64,000 nt of DNA from Antechinus flavipes. Lineage: Eukaryota. The stretch covers positions 117,180,001 through 117,244,000 of the forward strand of contig NC_067398.1 in NCBI RefSeq assembly GCF_016432865.1. The letters are read 5' to 3'. The translations under genes and the position numbers were made by a program. Position 1 is the stretch's first letter; each line of letters begins with the position of its first letter. The notes under the pieces are model-generated. The model did not search any database, was not told the origin of the DNA, and worked only from the letters and a program-made list of their open reading frames with translations. Below are positions 54,842 to 64,000 of the stretch, one piece after another.

Positions 54842-56470
54842 TGACGAGGGGACCCTAAAACTCTAAAGCTCCTTGAAGGAGACATTCTCCTTGAATCCTG
54901 CCTCTGTGGGACCCCTTCTCAGGGAACCAAGATAAAGTGATTTATCTAGGTGGGGCTAGTTGAGTCCAGAGCTAGAGAATTCTAACCCCATTAAATTAAA
55001 AAAAGACTCATTCAATTCTATTGAATTCCAGTTCAAACTCCACTCACCAGCTCCCATCAGGAGTAGTCCTCAGCTTGTAGCCAAGGCTTCTATTATAAAA
55101 AGGGCCAATTTAAAACCCAGTCCTTGCAGAGGACCTAATATGCCATCCATGGAATAGTAGCAATCTCTGTCCACTGAAATGATATTCTCTTTCAGCATTA
55201 CCCTCTCTTTATCTCCCTCACCTATTTCCTTAACAAGACTTTTTATCTCAACAGGAAAAAATAATGATGGATTGGAGGGGATGCGGGAAAACTGGGACAC
55301 TGATGCATTGTTGGTGGAGTTGTGAACAAATCCAACCATTCTGGAGAGCAATCTGGAATTATGCCCCAAAAGTTATCAAACTGTGCATACCCTTTGATCC
55401 AGCAGTGTTATTTCTGGGCTTATATCCCAAAGAGCTACTAAAGAAGGGAAAGGGACCTGTATGTGCCAAAATGTTTGTGGCAGCCCTGTTTGTAGTGGCT
55501 AGAAACTGGAAAATGAATGGATGCCCATCAATTGGAGAATGGTTGGGGAAATTGTGGTATATGAATGTTATGGAATATTATTGTTCTGTAAGAAATGACC
55601 AGCAGGATGAATACAGAGAGGACTGGTGAGACTTACATGAACTGATGCTAAGTGAAATGAGCAGAACCAGGAGATCTTTATACACTTCGACAACGGTACT
55701 GTAAGAGGATGTATTCTGATGGAAGTGGATTTCTTTGACAAAGAGACCTGAGTTTCAATTGCTAAATGATGGACAGAAGCAGCTACACCCAAAGAAAGAA
55801 CGCTGGGAAATGAATGTAAACTATTTGCATTTTTATTTTTCTTCCCGGGTTATTTTTATTTCCTGAATCCAATTCTCCCTGTGCAACAAGAGAACTGTTC
55901 GGTTCTGCAAACATATATTATATCTAGGATTTATGCAACATATTTAACATATATAGGACTGCTTTCCATCTAGGGGAGGGGGTGGAGAGAGGGAGGGGAA
56001 AAATCGGAACAGAAGCGAGTGCAAGGGATAATGTTGTAAAAAAAAATTACCCTGGAATGCGTTGTCAATAAAAAGTTATTATAAAATAAAATAATAAAAA
56101 AAAGACTTTATATCTCTTTGTCAGGATCTCTCTATTAGAAACTTTCCTTCTCTGTCAGGACCTTGGCCACTAAGGAATTTAGTTTTTCTATTCATGTATA
56201 GCAAAGGCTGACTTCCCAAGGCCAATAATAAACTTTTACCAGTCTAGCTTTTTAGGTTCATAAATTCCTTTACAAAGGATCTCTGAGCCACCAAATGAGG
56301 GTTCCCACAACTTCCTACCCATGCACTGAATCTCAAAGGGGATTTAGGGGAGCCAAACCTCTTCATTTGGTTCCCTATATCCCAAACTTGCCACTAATCT
56401 CATCATTTAACTCCCTGATCACCAGGAACCCTAATCTCATCATTTTGGTTCCCTGAATCTAATCCCATCA
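54842..56470 (+). mobile_element. ERV1-type solo LTR interrupted by an L1
   Basis: TG..CA ends, 4-bp TSD attt (54838-54841, 56471-56474), TATAAAA near 55092, AATAAA near 56227; its 3' part resembles the LTR at 60497. Confidence 0.8.
55250..56101 (+). mobile_element. Young 5'-truncated L1 inside the LTR
   Basis: ORF2 C-terminal ORF 55264-55629, 3' UTR and A tail; TSD aagacttt(t/a)tatctc at 55235-55249 and 56102-56116. Confidence 0.9.
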
Positions 56471-57544
56471 ATTTGAACTCAGGTCCTCCTGACTTCAGGG
56501 CTGGTATTCTATCCATTTTGATGGATACCTAGCTGCCCCTAACTTAGGATCTTTAAAGAGTTAATTAGCTATAAGGAGGAGAAGTGGAGTTGAGAAGCAT
56601 AGTGGATTTAGGAGAAAAATCACGTGGCATAGGGGAAAGGGAAAGATACCTCAAGGCAGAGTGCTGTGGCAGACTGACCAGAAGGAAGGCAATAGCTGTA
56701 GGATGGCTTGTAAGTAGATTTGTTTTTTAATTAAATAAATGTTTATTGAATTGAATCAATCCCATAATAATATTAAGATAAAAATTGGAGAAGAAAATAA
56801 TCACAATTTGCATGCTATAAACAATTAGAAGTGGTTAATAAAAAGAAAGAAGAGAAAGAAAGAAAATATTTGGAATAAATTATGATTTGGAAACCATAAA
56901 TAGATTTTATAGGGAAAATTTAACCTCAGGGACATGACTGGGATTTCTGACAGGGTATGGCAAGGTGAGATTGCTCAAGGTCTTTACAGAGAGAGGATAG
57001 GTCTCAGGGATTTGACATAACTTGGATTTCAGACTGGATGATTTCCCCAGAGGGTTGGACCATGGAGCTAAACTGATATGCATCAGAGCCTTTTCCCTGC
57101 CTGCCTCAGGGATTAATTTTTAGCAATTTCTCTGCTAACCACACTTAACATTGAAGACCTCATTGATACCTTCTTCTTCATAATACTTTCTCTTAGACAT
57201 TTTAAACTTTTTTCTTATAGATTATTATTAATTGAAAGAAGTTATCGATTTTCTTAATATGCTGAGAACTCCTGATATCTTTTTTCCTGAGGCTCACTGT
57301 CTATAATCATAAAGCAAAATCAGGTTGTGGCCAAGTGAAAATCCTTTCCTGACACCAATCTTGGTTTTTTCATTTGATGGAAATAAAGGCTGATAGGCAT
57401 AGATCTTATAGTTTGGGATGAATGGGAAGAGATGTTTTTGGGGCCCTCTTGTCATTCTGGAGAGCAATAGGGAGAAGACAAAGGGTGTTTTAGTAAGCAT
57501 GGGAGACTTGAAATTTATCCCCACATACATACACACATTTACAC

Positions 57545-57850
57545 AGAGACTCTTCTCATTGATTCTTTATTGTAACTACTTTCTTTTGATAGATTCAATT
57601 TCTTCAGGTAGATTCTCTCTTTCCTGCTGTTCTTTTCAGCTCATCCACTCCTACCATCTGTTCCTCTTCATCTCTTCTGCAAGTGCTAAAGGAACTCACT
57701 TGCTGGGCCCCTCCAAACTCCAGCCAGTTAGGGAAGGGGCATTTCTTGAGAGAAGGCGGTCAGGGAAGATTTAAGATCCTATCTCTCTTGCCCTGTCTTC
57801 AAAGCCCTAGGTCCATAGCCGTGATCCTGTTATCAATATTCTGGCCCAGC
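57545..57850 (-). other. NUPR1: Probable non-coding last exon (3' UTR) of NUPR1
   Basis: Donor gtaagg 15 nt after the stop (58067-58068), pyrimidine-rich acceptor at 57851-57852, AATAAA at 57566-57571 on the minus strand. Human NUPR1 also has a UTR-only third exon. End coordinate approximate. Confidence 0.7.
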
Positions 57851-58083
57851 CTGAAAGGAAAAGAGATCTTTAGAAGTTGGGACCAGTGGATCTAAACTTC
57901 CCAGCTTTAGGGGATTTTCTTCTTAGGACTCCAGCATTCTTTCCTGGATTTTAGGGGTCACGCTTCCCAGCTGGCTCTGAGAGTTAGAACTGGAAGCCAT
58001 CCTTTTGCAAGTATCAGCTCATCCATTAAATTGGTAGAGCTCTATATGGGGATTCTGGGATCCCTTACCTCAAGGTTCTAGGC

Positions 58084-59041
58084 TCAGGGCCTGGCACCCC
58101 GTTTCTTTTGCTCTGTGTTCTGAAGTTTGATCAGCAGCTTCCTCTCGTGGCCTCCTGGGCTGGGTCGGTTAGTATGGTTGGCAGCTTCTCTCTTACTCCG
58201 ACCCTTCCCACTCCCTCTTCCTGAAATACAAGGCAATAATTCTAAGAATAAGGTGCTCAGAGAATATGGTGGGTGGAAGCCACTTAGTGGCCATGGTTGT
58301 GAGAGACCAACAGAGATAAGAGACATGATGGGGCAGTGACAAAAACACTGGACAGGAGGCAGAAGACCTGAGTCCTATTTCTAGGTCTCTCCTTAACCTG
58401 CTGTGTAAATCTGGGCAAATCATTTCATTCTTCTTAGCCTCTCTGTAAAACTCAGAGGGTGGATTAGATAATTAGATAATTTCTCAACAAATATTTATTA
58501 AGCACTTACTATGTGCAAAGCATTGTATTATATACTACAGAACTAAAGGCAAAAAAGAAAAGTCCTTGCCTTTAGAGAGCTCATGTTCTAATGGGAAACA
58601 ACACATACACAGATAAATGAATGCAAGGCAGTTTGAAGAGGACAAAAGTTAAAAAAAAACTGGAGGGCTAAAGAAGGTTTCAAAAACAAGGTAGCAACTG
58701 AGCTGACTCAATTATAAGGAAATAAGGATTCTGAGAGGCTGAGAAAAGGAGTCACCAGAGGATTCTATAGGGTTGTTTATGAGACTGGCTGGGACCTAGG
58801 AATAAAATTAAATAAGGGTGGGGTAGGGTATTAAGTGGTGGTTAGGTTCTAGAGATTCAAAGCTGAGTCTGGGCAAGGAACTAAAAGAGGAGGTATCCAA
58901 AGGAAGGAAGGTGGGGCCATATCTCTCACCCAGATAAGAATCTGTAAAGTTATATATGTCATATTCATCCAAACAATGTGGCTCCTCATCTTCCAAGGTC
59001 AGGGACTGGAATGGTGGGGAAGCAAATGGAGCTGCTGCCAT
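58084..59041 (-). CDS. NUPR1: Nuclear protein 1 (p8), 82 aa. Exons: 58930-59041, 58084-58220
   Basis: MAAAPFASPPFQSLTLEDEEPHCLDEYDIYNFTDSYL|GRGSGKGRSKREAANHTNRPSPGGHERKLLIKLQNTEQKKRGARP*; 112+137 nt, phase 1 junction, same length as human p8. Confidence 0.96.
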
Positions 59042-59150
59042 TAGGACTGGAGAATTCTATTCCTTCAGGGATGAATCTGAATTCTTGCTCGTGAATTTCT
59101 CTCTGTGTATGTCTCTCAGCTTTGCTTCTCCCTGGGATAGCTCCTCTCCA

Positions 59151-59208
59151 AATTTATAGGGTTGGGTTGCCTGTGTACACAATCCACGTTGGTTCTGTCT
59201 GATGCAAT
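59151..59208 (-). promoter_or_regulatory. NUPR1 promoter: TATAAA (59158-59153) and C/EBP-ATF composite element TGATGCAAT (59200-59208)
   Basis: Exact CARE/AARE consensus about 45 nt upstream of the TATA box; ATF4-C/EBP induction of NUPR1 is established. Confidence 0.8.
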
Positions 59209-60496
59209 CTGGCCCCATCCCAGAACCTCAGAGTCCAGTATAAACAGAAATGGAATCACAACAGGAAAAACATTCTGTCCTGTGACTCCTATCCCCACCA
59301 GCAGCTGTAACTTTTCCTCCTTTCATCCAACTCAGATTACCTCCCATATGGATATTTTCCCATGGGCTAACTCTTATTTCAGGATTTTGGGGTCTTTGGG
59401 AAGAGAACAGGAAAAGGGAGAAGAGGAGAAGGAGAAAAAAGGAGGAAGGAGGAAAGAAAGAAAAATAACTTAAGGCTGGGTAGAGTTCAGTGCCCAGATT
59501 TTTCTTTATTCAAACAAGCTTGTTATAGATTGTGATTCAGGGAAGTGCAAAGGAAAAAAAGACAATAAAATCTTGACCCTTAGCTTTGATAAGCCAAATA
59601 CAGATAAAGATCTGTTAGTGTCATGCCAGACATTCATTTAGCAAACATCTTTTGAGAACTATCATGTGCAAGTCCTTGTATCAGGCACTAAAGGAGATCC
59701 AAAGACATGCTAGATATCATTACAGCATTCAAAGAGAGGAACAGAATATCTAACTGATTAGTTGTGATCTTGGGCAAATTCTTTGTCTTCAGTTCCCTCA
59801 TCTGTTTAAAAAAAAGGGGGGGAGGGGTAACACCACTATTTACAAAATACTTTATACCAGAAATGAGGGTAAAAAAAATTAGGCAGCTTACCCACTAGTG
59901 GGGGGAGTCAGAACAAGTCTTTAAGGGAATAGCTATAAAGTAGAATATGACTGGAGGGAGAGCAATTAGAGGAAGTCCTAAGAGGGGATCTGAACTGTGC
60001 TTTTAAGGATGGAACAGTCTGGTAGATGGAGATCAGGGAAGGACAGAGGATATTCAAACAAAAATAAAAGCATAAGAACAAGTAGGTGGAGATGATTCCA
60101 GGGGACCAGTGATGAAGAGTGCTGCCCGACTCCTGAGAGAGATGTGATAGTCTCAGGTACAAGTTTGTTTGAACAAAGAGTGATAGTGGAAGTGGCAGTA
60201 AATGGCATATAGCTACATGAGGATCAGTAGAATGGTGTGTTGGTTCTTGAAGCCAAGCATGGACAAATGCAATTGGGGAAAGATTTGTATCCAGCCTCCT
60301 TATTTGTGTCTGCACTCCCTCCATTTATAAAGATCTTAACACACCCAGATGTCCTTACTGTGTGTGAATATTATCTATGTCTTTCCATAAATTCTCTACA
60401 AAAGAACTTCCCACTGTAATGGTGCATATCTCCACATTTTAGGGATGCCTGTTGCAACTTCTTACAGAGAATGAGGGTCAAGGGAGGAGGTTATGT

Positions 60497-61088
60497 TGAT
60501 GTGGGTGTGGTCCCTTTAAGAATTGATTATTCCTTTCTTTCGGATTCCCAACCTCTCCTAGTTGATACATTATCAATCCAGGATCTTTTGATTCACAAAA
60601 CCTGTTCCCTTTGAATTCCAACAGAAGACCCCGGGCCTGTCTCAGCCCCATCTGGATCTGAGCCAACTTGGGACTCCACCCACAGGTCCCTTTAGCTAAA
60701 TCTCTCATTATAAAAGAGTTAAGCTGGAATCCTCTCTTGGCAGAGGTTTCAAACATGCCAGCCTTATGCCTGGCATGCCAGGACCTTCTTGTCTACTGGA
60801 ACCCTGTTTCCAGTGTCCTTTTATCTTACCTTCACCTATTTCCTTAACTATACTTTAACCTTACTTCCAAACCCCATAATAAATCTCTTTTATCTAGCTT
60901 TTTGGGCCAATAAATTGCTTTATTGGGAACTCTTGTGCTGTTTCTAGATTTCATTTAACTCCATATCCTTGTGCCAAATCCAAAGGGGTTGCAGGGGAAC
61001 TCTATTTGACTCCTTGTACCCAAACCTGCCACTAAACCTCAATTAAACCCTAATTTCATTTTAAGTACTCCATATCTAGACCTCATCA
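60497..61088 (+). mobile_element. ERV1-type solo LTR about 1.3 kb upstream of the NUPR1 promoter
   Basis: TGATG...CATCA ends, 4-bp TSD atgt (60493-60496, 61089-61092), internal TATAAAA and AATAAA. Confidence 0.85.
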
Positions 61089-62299
61089 ATGTGACTTATC
61101 CAAGTTTACACAACCTATAGATCTTTTAAAATGTTATGGATATCGTTGCAATACTCAAGGTTTCCAAGTGTTTGTTGCCCTTTCTCAATACATAACTGAA
61201 TTACTTACTTTTACAGTTTTACATGTCATAAATGACTGCTACTTCTTGAATACAAATTATAATTAATATTGCAGTCTATTTGACTCTCTTGCTTTGTCTT
61301 TCCATTGATCTTTGGATCATCTTTAATTCTAAATTAAAAAAAAATAGGCATAGTTTATTTGATTTTTTTGCCCTTATAAAAACATTTATGAGATAGGTAA
61401 GCAACTGCTTGGTTTCTTGGGCACTCCATTACCTGTCCTTACAAGATGGTCATTGAATTCCTTTTAGGAAGACTTAGTAAAAACAATCTTCTTTCATGGG
61501 CCAGAAATTAGCTAGCTAAGGGTTTCAGAGATAGCATGAAAGGTAACTTTAGCAAAGAGGTCTGGAGTAGCCATACATCCTTTAACAAAAGTATAACAAC
61601 ATCAGTTCTGATCCTCAGCAGGGATATTTAGGCACTGAAACTGATAATTTCCTCAGGGAAGGGACTGGGTACACCATGTAGCATGGTCAGTGACTTTGTG
61701 GGACATCAGTGTATGTATGTGAGGTGGGGAGGATATGGGGAGATGTCAATCTTGTTTCTTCAGTGGCCACATCTCATGAACTCGATGGCAAGTGTGACTA
61801 GAATAATGGCACAAATACAAGTAAGGAACTTCCTTGAGACACTTGACACTGAACCAAGTTGACTACAAAATTCTTTAGAACTTCATCCTTCAGAGATGAT
61901 CCCCAGGATTCAAGACTTCTTCGTGGGGAAAAAAAAACAAAACCAAACCCAGATAAATCTTTTCTAAGAAAAACCTTTTGGTTTTCCTGTCCCTGACTGA
62001 ATAGTCTGGTGTGGGGACTTGTCTTAAGCCCCAAAGCCTTAGCTCAGCCCAGCCTTGAGCACAGACATGACCCTGATCTTGACCTCAGTTCATTTTCTGA
62101 AGCCTCTCTGGAAGCTGCCTTGGCCTCTAGCTTCAAGATTCTTAGGGTTACCCTCTTCTCCTGTCACATCATCATGATCTTTTGTAGTTCTAGCAGTAGA
62201 AAACAACTTTGTTTTTTCATAGATCATCGTGTTTCATGATTTTTGGCCACACAGTATTAACAGGGAGAATATTAGCATTAATTTCAGCATAAATAAGTT

Positions 62300-63378
62300 T
62301 GTGATCCTTGAAAATTTTATGTAGTTTCAAATAATCAACACAGCTCTGTTGGAATCTTTACAATCTAGACAAATGAAAATGATCACCTTCTTTTTGGGGT
62401 TCTCACCTCCTTGAGAAGTCAGGGAGGTCATGACCACCATATGTTCTAAAACAAAAGAAAACGGGAAATGTTGGAATCTTTACAAACTGTTAAGTCATTA
62501 GAATTGATAGAGACAATAATTATCTAATTTAGCATGGTTCAGTATCTTTGATCTAATCTTACAAGGAGATGTTTAGGGTCAGAACCTGAAACAAGGTACA
62601 AGTAGAAATGGAGTTCACACATTTGGGAGATTTCAGGGTTTAGTATGAAATATCCGAATTCACACCTCCCTTGAAGCTTTTAGGGCCAGGGAGCACTCTG
62701 GGAAAAACCCATAATCCTATTCTCTCTCAGAGGAGATCATATATAAGAAACAGACAGAGGCTCTCTGGAAGAGTTCAGCTGAAAAGACTTGAGAGGGGAG
62801 CGTTGTCAAGATAAGAAACAGACAGAGGCTCTCTGGAAGAGTTCAGCTGAAAAGACTTGAGAGGGGAGCGTCGTCAAGATAAGAAACAGACAGAGGCTCT
62901 CTGGAAGAGTTCAGCTGAAAAGACTTGAGAGGGGATTGTCAAGTCAGTTCAGGAGAAGCCCTCTCTTGGAGGCCCAACCAGATTCACTTGATCTCACACC
63001 ACTATGGTGGCTGGACTCCTGCACTTCCCACACTGAGACCAAGCTGGTCTGAAAGGTTCTCCAGAAAGCTAGCCGAGCCCCAAGTGAAGGAGGCAAGAGA
63101 GATTCATTCCATTTTCCACCTGGCTGGCTGGAGGCTGAAGGACAAACCTTTGGGATTTGGAGACATTCGGAGGGAGCTCTTGGAACCAAGCAGAAAGATA
63201 GTGCCTCTAAGAAAACTAACTGGGCTATATTGGAGACAATAAAAGATCTGAACTTTTAACACCTGGTTGCGTTTTGGGTGATGATTACTTATTAACTGAA
63301 AACTAAGGCTGCCTCCAGAAAAGCTCCCCAAGAAACCAACCTTCTCCCAGAGAGAATGATCTTATATTTTAAAGAACA
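62300..63378 (+). mobile_element. LTR element with an internal 68-nt triplication
   Basis: TG start, TATA-like atatataag near 62740, AATAAA 63238-63243, CA end. TSD not identified, so the bounds are uncertain. Confidence 0.65.
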
Positions 63379-64000
63379 CTGCACAGCTTCACTCTCCTAT
63401 CCCATTCTGAGCATTGTATTATTGTCCATAGCAGGCTTGCGGCACAGAGGAGAGAGCACTGGATCTGGAGTCCAGGTGACCTGAATTCAAATCAGTCTTC
63501 AGAGACTAGCTCTGTGACCTTATGCAAGTCACTTAACTGTATGCCTCAGTATCTTTGCCTTAGTTTCCTCAGCTATAAAATAGGAGTGATAATAGTACCT
63601 ATCTTGCAGGGTTGATCAAATTAAAAAACACTAGCACAGTCTCTGACACTGTAGCTCTATATAAATGCTTATTCCTTTCCTTTTCCCCTTCTGTAGGACC
63701 TATACAAAAATGTATGGATCAACTCAATAACTCGTGGACTAGTCCAATTGAATGTCACCAATCAACAAGAAGTTAATTATTAAATACTTACTAGGTGCCA
63801 AGTACTATGCCAGGAATACAAATATAAAAAAGTGATATACTATCTGCCCCCACAGAATTTAAATTTTACTCTTATAACCTCAGAAATAAGAGGCAGCATT
63901 AGCAATAGTTGGGAAGTTGGCCTTTGAGCTGGGATTGTCCAGGCTCAAGTCCACTTTCTGGCACATAATTGATATGTAGCTCTTAAGGAAGTCACTTAAC

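Larger units (their letters stand above)
54756..56539 (-). mobile_element. WSINE1 split in two (54756-54841 and 56471-56539) by a later LTR insertion
   Basis: The halves join to the consensus ...cagatttgaactcagg...; TSD acttaggat at 54747-54755 and 56542-56550. Confidence 0.85.

Noticed and set aside
36420-57500. Further protein-coding exons between the PITP gene and NUPR1
   Set aside because: No recognisable peptide with matching splice sites found by eye; short or fast-evolving exons and lncRNAs cannot be excluded.

Overview
Marsupial genomic DNA: WSINE1, MAR1/CORE SINEs, marsupial L1 3' ends and a BovB-type RTE suggest an Australian, possibly dasyurid, species, but the species cannot be fixed from sequence alone. 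The window is syntenic with human 16p12.1-p11.2. Five spliced protein-coding genes were rebuilt by hand with GT-AG junctions and consistent phase: CLN3 (minus, 15 coding exons, 437 aa), APOBR (plus, 4 exons, 1362 aa), IL27 (minus, 5 exons, 218 aa), an intact class I phosphatidylinositol transfer protein gene (minus, 11 coding exons, 270 aa) and NUPR1 (minus, 2 coding exons, 82 aa). The main surprise is the PITP gene. As I recall the human and mouse loci, IL27 is followed directly by NUPR1 and only two class I PITPs exist (PITPNA, PITPNB). This gene mixes alpha-like and beta-like residues, has a CpG-island promoter and keeps the lipid-binding residues, so it looks like a third class I PITP retained in marsupials and lost in eutherians. 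The rest is transposon-rich intergenic DNA with a nested SINE/LTR/L1 stack, a 41-bp minisatellite, local duplications and one 144-N gap. Orthologue comparisons are from remembered human/mouse sequences and were not computed.
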